This document shows, one piece after another, positions 48,722-58,307 of a stretch of 64,000 nt of DNA (position 1 is its first letter; each line of letters starts with the position of its first letter). The DNA comes from Patescibacteria group bacterium (GTDB lineage: Bacteria; Patescibacteriota; Microgenomatia; Levybacterales; GWA1-39-11): contig DASZRG010000051.1 in assembly GCA_035549295.1 (NCBI GenBank), forward strand, positions 17,841 to 81,840, in the 5' to 3' direction. The position numbers were made by a program, and so were the translations under genes. Under the pieces are notes generated by a model. The model did not search any database, was not told the origin of the DNA, and was given only the letters and a program-made list of their open reading frames with translations.

Positions 48722-48795
48722 CCCCTCATCTGCCCTGCTTCGCAGGACACCCCTCTCCCAACAAGAGAGGGGATCAAGGTTTTAGGCTATTACCA
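48722..48795 (+). repeat. CCCTCTCC-hairpin element with conserved tail, copy 3
   Basis: cccctctc-ccaacaa-gagagggg followed by atcaaggttttaggctattacca. Confidence 0.75.
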
Positions 48796-48805
48796 GGAAC
48801 TAGGC

Positions 48806-48834
48806 TTGACAATCTTTTTAAAACATGCTGTAAT
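48806..48834 (+). promoter_or_regulatory. sigma70 promoter of the pilin gene (probably leaderless)
   Basis: TTGACA-17 nt-TGTAAT with extended TG; 6 nt to ATG 48841. Confidence 0.7.
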
Positions 48835-48840
48835 TGTCTC

Positions 48841-49251
48841 ATGAGGAAGTTTTTATCACCGGCACTAGCCTCCGCCGCACTTCTCGCAACTGCCATTCCT
48901 GCTCTTGCTGATGACAGCGTGCTTAACGCCTCCGTTGGACAAGCTAACGGAACGATTCCAGCCAACACCTCGCTCGGCTCTATCATTACTTTTATCGTTG
49001 CGTTTATCATCATCTTTGCGATTCTTGCAGCTCTTATGTTCATCGTCATCGGAGCACTTCAATGGATCACGTCAGGAGGAGACAAACAGAGAGTCTCTGA
49101 TGCTCGAAATCACATTATCGCAGCCGTTATCGGTCTTATCGTTATCGCGCTCTCGTTTGTCATAATTAACGTTGTTATCACGGCTCTCGGTCTCGGATCG
49201 CTAACCAATCTTCATATCCAAACTCTTAACCAGATTAAAGGCGGCCAGTAG
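48841..49251 (+). CDS. VirB2/TrbC-like pilin (candidate major pilin)
   Basis: Signal ending PALA; GALQWITSGGDKQRVSDARNHIIAAVIGLIVI. Confidence 0.8.
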   Translation: MRKFLSPALASAALLATAIPALADDSVLNASVGQANGTIPANTSLGSIITFIVAFIIIFAILAALMFIVIGALQWITSGGDKQRVSDARNHIIAAVIGLIVIALSFVIINVVITALGLGSLTNLHIQTLNQIKGGQ

Positions 49252-49262
49252 GCGGCCTGTAC

Positions 49263-49408
49263 AGCAGTATTATTGCTCTACCCGAATTTAAAATTGGTTT
49301 ATCGTTTTAGGCTACGATGCCAGTTTCGTCCTTTGGTTACGTTAAACGTGAGACCTAACCAATACGGGCTTCGTTACCCTATAGCTTAAACCGATCGGAA
49401 CAACTGCT
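49263..49408. ncRNA. Candidate rod-shaped structured RNA (6S-like architecture)
   Basis: Nested pairings AGCAGT/ACTGCT, CCGA/TCGG, ATCGTTTTAGGCTA/TAGCTTAAACCGAT, TTGGTTA/TAACCAA. Confidence 0.5.
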
Positions 49409-49411
49409 TGC

Positions 49412-49447
49412 GATACCCTTGATACTCTTGATGCCCTTGATACCCCT
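49412..49447 (-). repeat. 9-mer family AAGRGTATC, copy 6 (4 units, reverse orientation)
   Basis: gataccctt gatactctt gatgccctt gatacccct. Confidence 0.8.
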
Positions 49448-49472
49448 GACGGCTCTCGTGTATAACTAAACT

Positions 49473-49781
49473 ATGGCTACAATTCAAACAACAAGCCTTC
49501 AGGGCTGCTACAAGGATGGGGTCGCAACGCTCGCCTGTATACCGGTAGTTATTCAAAACGTAATAAATTTTTTAGTCATGTTCGCCGGAATTGTTTGCGT
49601 TTTTCTCATAGTCTATGCCGGAATTAGACTGGTTATGTCAGAGGGTGATCCGGAGAAAATCTCAACTGCCCGCAAAACTCTCATCTACGCTATCTTCGGG
49701 CTTGTGATCGTCATCATGTCCTTCTTCATCCTAGGACTCGTGTCGGGTCTCACGGGGGTGAGCCGTATCGCCCCCAAATAG
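49473..49781 (+). CDS. VirB2/TrbC-like pilin
   Basis: GC..DGVATLACI; AGIRLVMSEGDPEKISTARKTLIYAIFGLVIV. Confidence 0.8.
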   Translation: MATIQTTSLQGCYKDGVATLACIPVVIQNVINFLVMFAGIVCVFLIVYAGIRLVMSEGDPEKISTARKTLIYAIFGLVIVIMSFFILGLVSGLTGVSRIAPK

Positions 49782-49826
49782 CCTGTTTTCTTGACAACAA
49801 GCTCCACATTCCTATATTCTTTTGTT

Positions 49827-50147
49827 ATGGATCAAAATGCCGATTTTGCGGCTCGTCGCGAAGCACTACTTGAGGAATTCACCAAAATCATGGCTGAGGC
49901 CTTAAAAAGTGGGCATATATCACCTGAGGAATCTCGAGAAGCATCGAGATTTATTGTTTTAAATTTTAATGACACCAAAGATAAATACGAGCTAAAGGTC
50001 TGGACAGAAGAGCTTGCGCTAAGATACCCCATCTTCAAACAAGCCCTAGTCTCTTTTGAAGAAAATGACGCCGAAGAAGCAGATCAGCAACAAATCGCGG
50101 CAACCGAGGAAAAACTAAACGAACTTATTCACCAAACACAAAACTAA
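49827..50147 (+). CDS. Small acidic helical hypothetical protein
   Basis: TTGACA...TATTCT 6 nt before ATG 49827; 1 nt from the next gene. Confidence 0.65.
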   Translation: MDQNADFAARREALLEEFTKIMAEALKSGHISPEESREASRFIVLNFNDTKDKYELKVWTEELALRYPIFKQALVSFEENDAEEADQQQIAATEEKLNELIHQTQN

Positions 50148-50148
50148 T

Positions 50149-52365
50149 ATGGCTGATATTAAAAATCCGGAAAATGTTGCTCTCGGAATGGGGCCTGAGA
50201 AATCGACTCTTCCGACAGGCATAGATCCCAAATTTGACGAAGCCCACAGAATGGCAAACGAGCTCATCGATGTACGAAATGGACAAAAAAGTGTTGCCGA
50301 AAGAATTTCACACAATGCCTCCTACAGAGACTTTGACGACCGAAGCGAAGAAGCCTTTCTGGTGGGTTTTACAGGGGGAGAAGGAAGACTGGATAAAACA
50401 ACCGGAAAAGTTGACCTCACAGGCGTTGGCGCTCTGGGCCGAGAAAACTACAACCATGCTCGTGATATCTATAAAAAAAACGAACAAGCGCTTACCTATA
50501 CTCAAATCAGAAAAGAAGCAGCCAGAGACGGAAAACCAATCGATGAGGCTCGCAGACAGCATGGAATCAGATCTGCCGACTTTATAAAACTGAGAGAAAA
50601 CGCGCTCGATACGCTTTGCGCTGAAGGTGGTCTCAACACTATATTTCCTGAACTTAAAACAATTGGCGCCACAGAAAGAAGGGACTATATTGATCAGGTC
50701 CTCGCAAGTGACCCAAGACTGAATGAACTAATCCTGGACAACATGGAGGCGTTTCAGAAACGCATCTCAGAGCTCAAGCCTCTTGCAAAAACAGAAGAAA
50801 GACGACTTGCAGAAGAAGCTCAAACAAAGGCAGAAAAGGGCGTGAACGATACGCTTGACAATCTAGTAAGAAGCGCGGGAATTCCTATCACAGAAATTGC
50901 GGCGGTAAAAAACAGAGTGAAGACCGAGCTTGAGAGCGGCGCAACGTCTAGCAGAATGCAAGACCAATTATACCAAGAGAGGCTCAAACTGATTGGCATC
51001 ACCTCTCCCCAAAATTATGCAGACTACCAAACTGCGCGAGTTGCATTCGACACAGCGAACACAGTAAAAGGCAATATAGAAGCTGAAATTGCAAAACTGG
51101 AAAGCGACGCGGGGACCGCAACCAATCCTGCCCTTAAGGACAGCATTAGAAACAAAATAGCATTAAGAAGAGCCGATGCAACCGCGGCACTTAACAGCCT
51201 GGCGACTGCAACTGCGAATCTTAACGATGTTAAATCTAAAATCGGCCTGAACGACGACAATTTGATTAAAGACAGAGCAAGACAAGTTGACGAAATAAAA
51301 TATGCAATTTATGGGGAAAAACAGCCAGACGGAAACTATAGGGGTGGAGTCGCAGAGATTGGCGGTAGACTAGTTGACAGGCAACTTGATCTACACAACG
51401 CCCGAATAGAGCTTAAAAAAACTGACACTGCCGAAACTGACGCTGAGCGAGCCACGAGACTTCGCGAAGAAAGAGCAATCGCGGAAGACATGAAAGGACT
51501 ACTGTCGACCTCAATCAATGAACTACTCTCCGAAAGGGCTGGAAAACTAGACGGCCTACACAAAGCGAAGCTTGAGAAGATGCAGGAGGAGGCACGGAAA
51601 AAAGGAGACAAAGAGAGCGAGGCATGGGCCAAAAAGTATAAAGATGAACTTGACAAGCTTAATCCTTTTAATGACAAAAAGAAGAAGCGCGAACCCAACA
51701 GAAACGAAATCAGGCTCCATGCCGATAGTCTTATTCAGAAAGGAGAAGACGGAGCCATGGAACGCGTCGCGGGCATGGCCGGATACGATCTCTTAGGTCT
51801 TGAGGAAGGCCCAGCAAGAGATAAGGTCGCGGGGCAGCTCTTTGCTGGCGTAGACTATGCCTCCCTCAATGATGACCAAAAGCAAGAAGTTGATGACAAC
51901 ATCAAGATTAAGAAAGAAAAATTTGATGCTTTCTACAAAAAGGTCGGCGATGACTACAAAGACACAGTTCTTAAGGACCTTTTCCTAGCCCGTGGGCTCC
52001 GAGACAAAACAATATTGGGGAGGACAACAGGAGAGTTATCATTCTCAAACGACGAATGGCGAATGTTGCACGAAAAGTTCGGAGATCGCTTTGATAAAGC
52101 CCTTGCGGCATCGGGCGAAAACAAGCAAATCGATGAAAAACTCAAAGCAGCTGGAATCACCGACGCCCTGTCGATGTTCAAATGGAAATATCTATGGTGG
52201 GCACTGGGAGCAGCTGCCGCGGCTAGCGTTGTTGGAGGCAGCATTGCAACAGGAGGAGCGTTTGCCCCCGTGGCAGGCCTTGCGTTCAGCGGAGCAAAGA
52301 CCGGAGCCAATTTCCTATTCGGCGGAGGTGGAAGCGCAGACTACGCCACGTCAGCGGCCGCCTAG
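50149..52365 (+). CDS. Large coiled-coil protein with C-terminal Gly/Ala-rich hydrophobic segment
   Basis: 738-aa ORF; C-terminus WWALGAAAAASVVGGSIATGGAFAPVAGLAF. Confidence 0.8.
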   Translation: MADIKNPENVALGMGPEKSTLPTGIDPKFDEAHRMANELIDVRNGQKSVAERISHNASYRDFDDRSEEAFLVGFTGGEGRLDKTTGKVDLTGVGALGRENYNHARDIYKKNEQALTYTQIRKEAARDGKPIDEARRQHGIRSADFIKLRENALDTLCAEGGLNTIFPELKTIGATERRDYIDQVLASDPRLNELILDNMEAFQKRISELKPLAKTEERRLAEEAQTKAEKGVNDTLDNLVRSAGIPITEIAAVKNRVKTELESGATSSRMQDQLYQERLKLIGITSPQNYADYQTARVAFDTANTVKGNIEAEIAKLESDAGTATNPALKDSIRNKIALRRADATAALNSLATATANLNDVKSKIGLNDDNLIKDRARQVDEIKYAIYGEKQPDGNYRGGVAEIGGRLVDRQLDLHNARIELKKTDTAETDAERATRLREERAIAEDMKGLLSTSINELLSERAGKLDGLHKAKLEKMQEEARKKGDKESEAWAKKYKDELDKLNPFNDKKKKREPNRNEIRLHADSLIQKGEDGAMERVAGMAGYDLLGLEEGPARDKVAGQLFAGVDYASLNDDQKQEVDDNIKIKKEKFDAFYKKVGDDYKDTVLKDLFLARGLRDKTILGRTTGELSFSNDEWRMLHEKFGDRFDKALAASGENKQIDEKLKAAGITDALSMFKWKYLWWALGAAAAASVVGGSIATGGAFAPVAGLAFSGAKTGANFLFGGGGSADYATSAAA

Positions 52366-52461
52366 GTACACCCGCTTTTCACATCTACGCATAAAGGCCC
52401 ATAATTTTGACCCACTTTGATAATCTTGCATTGAAAATTTTCACGTTATACGCTAATCTAC

Positions 52462-53655
52462 ATGGAAAACCACCCTATTCCGCAGGACGTCACAGGCTTC
52501 AAGTTTAAGCTAATCGGAAGTGTTACGGTCAAACAATTCCTATATCTTCTAGGATTTGGCATACTCACAACGGTTATGTTTGTTCTTCATATAAATCTTT
52601 TTATAAAGGTACCATTCATGCTTATTTTCGCGAGTATTGGCGCTGCGCTCGCCTTTATACCGATTGAGGGAAGACCCATGGATGTTATGATTGCAAATTT
52701 TGCAAAAACTATTCCTGCAGAAAATAGATTTATTTATAAAAAGCGCGGCGTAAACCTTGCTTCATACGAATTTTTTAAGCCTCCTGTTGCAAAACCAACA
52801 GCGACAGCTACCACCACGCAGCAAAAACCAACGAACAACGAAGGCGCAGACGACAAACGAGCCGCGCTGATAAGCAGACTTAGAAATTCCTCTTTTAGGC
52901 CCGATGCTGATGAGGTCAAAAATCTCAATAACATACATGCTCTTTTTGAGGGTAAAAATGTACCCGTCCAAAAGCTTCCAGATCTTGCGCCCAGCGCAAC
53001 TACTGCACAAGGCGTCATGCCAAGCATTGCGACTATTGCGCCTGCTCCGACCGCCACACCTGCAGCGGGCGACCTAATGGATACCGCCAAAAAAGAAGAA
53101 CAGCTTACCGCACTTGACAAACAACTCGCGGAAGAGAAAAAGGCACAAGAGGAAGCGCGAGCCGAAGAACTAAAAGTTATAGCGACTCCACCGCCTCAAC
53201 CCAAAAAGGAAGAGCCAACAATTCGCACGGGGGACGAAAACGTCGGCAGGACAACTGTTCCTGTCGCGCCAAAAATAGAAGCGCCTACCGAACAGGCAAA
53301 CCCCACTCTTTCGGCTGGCTTTCCAACACTCCCTGACGTTCCAAATGTAATTCTTGGAATTGTTCGCGATGCCCGAGGACGAACATTACCAAACATTCTC
53401 GTTGAAGTAGTTGACGCCAACAATATACCCGTCCGAGCATTTAAAACAAACGCTCTCGGACAGTTTGCGTCGGCTACCCCACTTTCAAACGGCACATACC
53501 ACATCTCGCTTGAGGACGCGAGCAAAACTCATGAGTTTAAAATGATCGAAGTGAACCTAGCAGGCGATATTTTCCAGCCACTTGAGATCGTCTCAACCGA
53601 TGCTCGAGAGAAATTAAGACAAGAGCTTTTCGGAGGAAATATGGCAGCGGCCTAG
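52462..53655 (+). CDS. PrgI-family (VirB3-like) protein with Pro-rich linker and C-terminal beta-sandwich
   Basis: HPIPQDVTGFKFKLIGSVTVKQFLYL, AFIPIEGRPMD; GIVRD..G...KTNALGQF. Confidence 0.85.
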   Translation: MENHPIPQDVTGFKFKLIGSVTVKQFLYLLGFGILTTVMFVLHINLFIKVPFMLIFASIGAALAFIPIEGRPMDVMIANFAKTIPAENRFIYKKRGVNLASYEFFKPPVAKPTATATTTQQKPTNNEGADDKRAALISRLRNSSFRPDADEVKNLNNIHALFEGKNVPVQKLPDLAPSATTAQGVMPSIATIAPAPTATPAAGDLMDTAKKEEQLTALDKQLAEEKKAQEEARAEELKVIATPPPQPKKEEPTIRTGDENVGRTTVPVAPKIEAPTEQANPTLSAGFPTLPDVPNVILGIVRDARGRTLPNILVEVVDANNIPVRAFKTNALGQFASATPLSNGTYHISLEDASKTHEFKMIEVNLAGDIFQPLEIVSTDAREKLRQELFGGNMAAA

Positions 53656-53744
53656 CTGAGATTTACGTGGATTTTATAGCTGATTCCCGCAGATAAATCT
53701 CTTTCGTTGTTAATAAGTTTAATAATCAGCGATAATCTTTTTGT

Positions 53745-54392
53745 ATGCCCAAACAAAAAATTCATTCAACAACTCAAGATTTTACTGAAATCGTCGACAT
53801 TTCAGACGATTGTGTTTTTTTCAAAGGGGGCGCGACCTGTATGGTTGCCGAAGTTTCGTCTGTTAATTTTTTTCTCTTATCAACCGATGAACAAAACGCA
53901 AGAATTTATGGATACATGTCGATGCTTAATTCTCTGTCGTCATATATACAAATTTTTATAGTTTCTCGACATATAGATCTTGGGGCGTATATAAAACTTC
54001 TTGAGGATAAAATTTCAGGAATAAAAAATCCAAAAATCGCAGAGCAACTAACGCTCTACAGAGACTTTATCAAGGAAATCATAAAAGGAGAAGGGCTTCT
54101 TGATAAAAAAATTTATATCGTTATCCCCTTCTCACAGCTGGAGCTTGGTCCAACAGCGCTCGCTCAGGGAAATGCCTCGGGCGCAAGCCAGAAGAAAATC
54201 AGCACCGCAGATCGAATAAAAGCCGGGCTCATAAGCAAGCGAGACAACGTACTTGGGCAGGTCGAACGAATGGGACTTACTACACGCGCGCTTGGAACAG
54301 ATGAGCTTATAAAGCTCTACTATGAACTCTTTAATCAAGAGTTTGTGACGCTCGATTTCAACTCTAATGACGTAAAGAATGTGATTTTATAA
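53745..54392 (+). CDS. Conserved T4SS-associated protein (VirB4/TraC N-terminal-like)
   Basis: STTQDF.EI.DI, VSSVNFFLLS..EQ, LNSL...IQI, YIVIPF. Confidence 0.7.
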   Translation: MPKQKIHSTTQDFTEIVDISDDCVFFKGGATCMVAEVSSVNFFLLSTDEQNARIYGYMSMLNSLSSYIQIFIVSRHIDLGAYIKLLEDKISGIKNPKIAEQLTLYRDFIKEIIKGEGLLDKKIYIVIPFSQLELGPTALAQGNASGASQKKISTADRIKAGLISKRDNVLGQVERMGLTTRALGTDELIKLYYELFNQEFVTLDFNSNDVKNVIL

Positions 54393-54394
54393 TT

Positions 54395-56650
54395 ATGTTG
54401 GGATTCGGAGAGAAGAAACAAACGACTGAAACAAATACTGCTCAACAGCCGATGGCTACTCCTGTGCAAAACGGGCCCACTGCTGCTGAAAGTGCACAGC
54501 CTCAAACTGCACAAACACAGACTACTACGCCAAAGGGTGTTCCGACAGCACAGGCCAAACCTGGACCAAGTCATGCCGCGACCGCGCTAAAAGACGGCTC
54601 TGTCTCGGTCATAGATCTTATTTCGCCTTCCTCAGTTGAGGTTGATTTCAAAAACATTCGAGTTGGAGATAAATTTTTTAAAACTTTTTTTGTAGTTGAC
54701 TATCCTCGCCAAGTCTCACCAAACTGGCTCTCCATTCTTATTGACTACAAAGAGACCATGAACATATCAATGTTCTGCTATCCCGTCGAGAGCAAGGATG
54801 TCCTGAGCAACCTAAGGCGCAAAATTTCAGAGATGGAGGCAACTCTCCAGTCGGACGCCGAACAAGGAGTAGAAAGTGACCCAAAGATAACCTCTTCACT
54901 CGAAGATGCCATCTCTCTTCGCGAAGAGCTAGCCCGTGGCCTTGAGCGCTTTTTCCAGTTTGGACTATACATAACTCTAGCCGCTGATACGCTCGAGAAA
55001 TTAGAGCTTAAAACCAAGGAGCTTCAGTCTCTTCTCGCGTCAAACCTGCTTCTTATAAAACCGTCTACCCTTCAGATGGAAGACGGGTTCAAGACAACTC
55101 TTCCGACAGGTATCGACAAGCTTTTTATTACTCGCAACATGGACACAACCTCTCTCGCATCAACTTTTCCATTTACGTCTTATGAGATTTCCCACCCAAA
55201 CGGAATACTTTATGGCGTAAATACCATCAACAATAGCCTTGCTATCGTTGACCGCTTCTCATTTGAGAACGCTAACGAAGTTGTATTTGGAAAATCTGGT
55301 GCAGGAAAATCTTTTTTGGTTAAGCTTGAGCTTCTGCGCCAAATGATGTTTGACGCGGAAATTCTAATAATAGATCCTGAAGATGAATACAAAAGTCTTT
55401 GCCATGCGCTTGATGGCGAATACATCAATTTCTCAAAATCATCCGAAGTTAAAATAAATCCTTTTGCACTCGTCGCAGAAGACATGACAGACGCGCAACT
55501 CGGAATAAAAATTCTTTCACTTCATGGGCTTTTAAAAACGATGCTCGGCGAAATGTCGCCAACTCAGGAGGCGATCTTGGACCGATCACTCGTGCTTTGC
55601 TACAAACAGAAAGGCATCACGCCAGACCCAGCGACCTACAAAAATGAGCCTCCCATTCTTGAAGATCTTTATAAAACACTCCTCAACATGGAGGAGGCCG
55701 AAGCAAAAGATCTATCATTCCGCCTTGAGAAATACGTAAAGGGAGGTTTCTCAGGACTCTTCAACCAACAAACCAACTATGACATCAAAAATCAGATGAC
55801 GGTCTTCTCTCTCCGCCAACTCGAAGACGCTCTTCGGCCCATCGCCATGCATGTGGTTCTTGATTTTATCTGGAACCGTGTCAGAACAAAACTCAAAAAA
55901 AGAATACTTGTCGTTGATGAGGCGTGGTATCTTATCCAACACCCTGACTCAGCGGCTTTTCTGCAAGGAATAGCAAAGCGTGCCAGAAAATATTTCCTAG
56001 GCGTAACTACTCTCACCCAAGACATTGAAGACTTTTTGTCAAACGACTATGGAAAATCGATTCTTTCAAACTCCTCGATACAAATATTGCTAAAACAAAA
56101 CTCGTCGGAAGTTGAGGCTCTTGCAAAGGCGCTATTTCTGTCAGAAGGTGAAAAACAATTTCTAGTCACGGCGCAGGTTGGAGAGGGATTACTTTTTGCT
56201 GGACAAAATCATATAACGGCGCAGTTTGTCGCATCCCAAAGCGAATACGAACTCATCACTTCAAAACCTCAAGACTTGATTCAAAAAGAAGACGATCCCA
56301 CACCTAGCATCCAGCAGCCGGAAAGTGTTTCCGCTCAAACAGAAGTTGCGCCCCCTTCGGTCGCGTCTACACCGACACCAACCAGTCAACCGCAATCCCC
56401 GGTCCCACCAATTCCGGACGCTGTTCCCCAAACGACACCAACTGCGCCCATCGCCCCACCTCCAACTCCAGCTATGGATTCACCCGACATAACGGTTGTG
56501 TCTCCTCCATCTCCTCCGGTTGCGCCTGTTGCCGCGACCATTGCCCAACCAGCGACGACTCCGCCCACAGCATCACCACCTACGGCAACTGCGCCGGCTA
56601 GCACGCAAGACTCGCCTGCCCCAACAGTCCCGGGCGTACCAAATGGCTAA
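54395..56650 (+). CDS. virB4: VirB4-like type IV secretion ATPase
   Basis: GILYG.N, VFGKSGAGKSF, IIDPEDEY, INPF, LVVDEAW, KRARKY, TQDIEDF; P/T-rich tails. Confidence 0.88.
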   Translation: MLGFGEKKQTTETNTAQQPMATPVQNGPTAAESAQPQTAQTQTTTPKGVPTAQAKPGPSHAATALKDGSVSVIDLISPSSVEVDFKNIRVGDKFFKTFFVVDYPRQVSPNWLSILIDYKETMNISMFCYPVESKDVLSNLRRKISEMEATLQSDAEQGVESDPKITSSLEDAISLREELARGLERFFQFGLYITLAADTLEKLELKTKELQSLLASNLLLIKPSTLQMEDGFKTTLPTGIDKLFITRNMDTTSLASTFPFTSYEISHPNGILYGVNTINNSLAIVDRFSFENANEVVFGKSGAGKSFLVKLELLRQMMFDAEILIIDPEDEYKSLCHALDGEYINFSKSSEVKINPFALVAEDMTDAQLGIKILSLHGLLKTMLGEMSPTQEAILDRSLVLCYKQKGITPDPATYKNEPPILEDLYKTLLNMEEAEAKDLSFRLEKYVKGGFSGLFNQQTNYDIKNQMTVFSLRQLEDALRPIAMHVVLDFIWNRVRTKLKKRILVVDEAWYLIQHPDSAAFLQGIAKRARKYFLGVTTLTQDIEDFLSNDYGKSILSNSSIQILLKQNSSEVEALAKALFLSEGEKQFLVTAQVGEGLLFAGQNHITAQFVASQSEYELITSKPQDLIQKEDDPTPSIQQPESVSAQTEVAPPSVASTPTPTSQPQSPVPPIPDAVPQTTPTAPIAPPPTPAMDSPDITVVSPPSPPVAPVAATIAQPATTPPTASPPTATAPASTQDSPAPTVPGVPNG

Positions 56651-58298
56651 TACGTACGTTGATGATATTGATAGCGACGAATTTCAACAGGGAGATCACT
56701 ACCCTGCTTTTCCGCAGTCTCCGAAAAACCTATCACCCGATGAAGACGAAAAGAAAAAGGGAATAAAGGATTACGCGCAACAAGGCCGTGACCTAATAAA
56801 TAAGGGGCAAAATGTTCGCGATTTTTTTTCGGCGGCTCATGCTCCTGCCGGCGCTGGAAATGCTGCTGCAGCAGGAGCCTCAACGGGTAGCGAAGTGACG
56901 GCCGGAGCAACTGGGGCTACCAGTGGCGTCGGCGCGACAGGGGCTGGTGGAGCACTAGCTGGAGAAACAGCCGCGGTAGGGACAGAGGCGGCGGCTTCCG
57001 CCGCAGCTCCAGTCGTAGCAGGAGCGATCGAAACCGGTGTTGGAGGAGTGGTCGCAAGTGCCGGAGGGTCTGCTGCCGCAACCGCACCAGTTACAATTAC
57101 AGTCACCGGAGCGAGCACGCCTCTCTGGCCAATCGCAGCAGCTTTCATTTTTCTTTTTATAGTCTTTGTAGTCGTGATCCTTCATGGGTCCTCTGTCGCT
57201 GGACTTCTTAGTAGTAGCAATAATTCGACAAGCGCTCCCACTGCGGGCTCCGCTGCCGGCAACACGGCCGCGTGCGTTGCGGCTGGTGGAAGCCTCGATT
57301 ATTCTGTGTCTATTCACGACACAAACGCCCTACCTCAAAATCCAGACAGTGTGAAAGCAGATGTTCTTAAAAGGTGGCCTGATGCAAAAATTAACAACTG
57401 GGATACAATAGTTAATCAATCGGTTGCAAACGGCTGGAACCCATCGCTTATTCTATCCATATGGATTGAAGAGTCAGGAGCACAGGCAGGCGTCGGATAT
57501 GCAGATGGCAACCCAGATGGATACACGGACGCTCTTGGCTGCGACCCGACCCACAACCAAACAACTGACATAAATAAAAGTCTTGCTTGTGTATTTAATA
57601 GTTTTAAAGACTATAACGGCTTCGAAGATCTAATGTGTGTCTATGGTGGCGACGGATTTCACCGCGCCCCATGTACATTCAAAGACCCACCACCCAAAGG
57701 AAACCCTGACTTTCCAATAAATATCAAGAAGTGGTATTCGGAAATCTCACCAGACACAATAAATTCAAATCCACAAGTTTGTGGACCAACAACATCCGGC
57801 GATTGGCCCACCACGGGACCCATCACACAAGGCCCAGAAGGATCAACTGACCATGCTGGTCTACTCGCAAAATATCAGTGGGAAGCGATCGATATAGGCG
57901 GCGGCACGAACACCAACATACCAGTGTATTCTTCGCACGACGGTACAGTTTCTGCGGTGCACGACTGCATACGCGATGGTGACTGCACGGCAGGCTACGA
58001 AGGGTTCGGTAATTCGGTTGAAGTCACAACCAATACAGACAGTGGGAGCTTCACAACCCTCTATGGACACCTAGCCGAAATTGACACCACTAACGGAGCG
58101 ACTGTCAAGGTCGGCGACAGGATCGGAATCATGGGGCAAACAGGACATGCACCTGGCGGAATCCATCTACATTTTCAGTTCACGGGAGCTCGAATGGAAC
58201 CACCATACATACCAAAAGCTGTAACACCGAGAAATTGCGATACGCCCACCGTTCCATGTGACCCAGTAAACATTGCGCCGTCAAAGCCTGGCGTATAG
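56643..58298 (+). CDS. Membrane-anchored M23-family peptidoglycan endopeptidase
   Basis: Ala/Gly-rich N-region, TM, WPTTGPITQG, AIDIG, DGTV, GFGNSV, YGHL, GQTG..GIHLHF. Confidence 0.85.
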   Translation: MANTYVDDIDSDEFQQGDHYPAFPQSPKNLSPDEDEKKKGIKDYAQQGRDLINKGQNVRDFFSAAHAPAGAGNAAAAGASTGSEVTAGATGATSGVGATGAGGALAGETAAVGTEAAASAAAPVVAGAIETGVGGVVASAGGSAAATAPVTITVTGASTPLWPIAAAFIFLFIVFVVVILHGSSVAGLLSSSNNSTSAPTAGSAAGNTAACVAAGGSLDYSVSIHDTNALPQNPDSVKADVLKRWPDAKINNWDTIVNQSVANGWNPSLILSIWIEESGAQAGVGYADGNPDGYTDALGCDPTHNQTTDINKSLACVFNSFKDYNGFEDLMCVYGGDGFHRAPCTFKDPPPKGNPDFPINIKKWYSEISPDTINSNPQVCGPTTSGDWPTTGPITQGPEGSTDHAGLLAKYQWEAIDIGGGTNTNIPVYSSHDGTVSAVHDCIRDGDCTAGYEGFGNSVEVTTNTDSGSFTTLYGHLAEIDTTNGATVKVGDRIGIMGQTGHAPGGIHLHFQFTGARMEPPYIPKAVTPRNCDTPTVPCDPVNIAPSKPGV

Positions 58299-58307
58299 AA
58301 TGTTTTT

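Noticed and set aside
49323-49332. GGACGAAAC on the minus strand suggesting a hammerhead ribozyme
   Set aside because: No CUGANGA partner motif within the structure
9325-49447. Tandem repeats as a possible CRISPR array
   Set aside because: Units are 7-10 nt with no unique spacers, and no cas genes are present
56280-57130. GC-rich low-complexity stretch as foreign DNA or a repeat element
   Set aside because: Explained by the Pro/Thr-rich VirB4 tail and the Ala/Gly-rich N-terminus of the M23 protein
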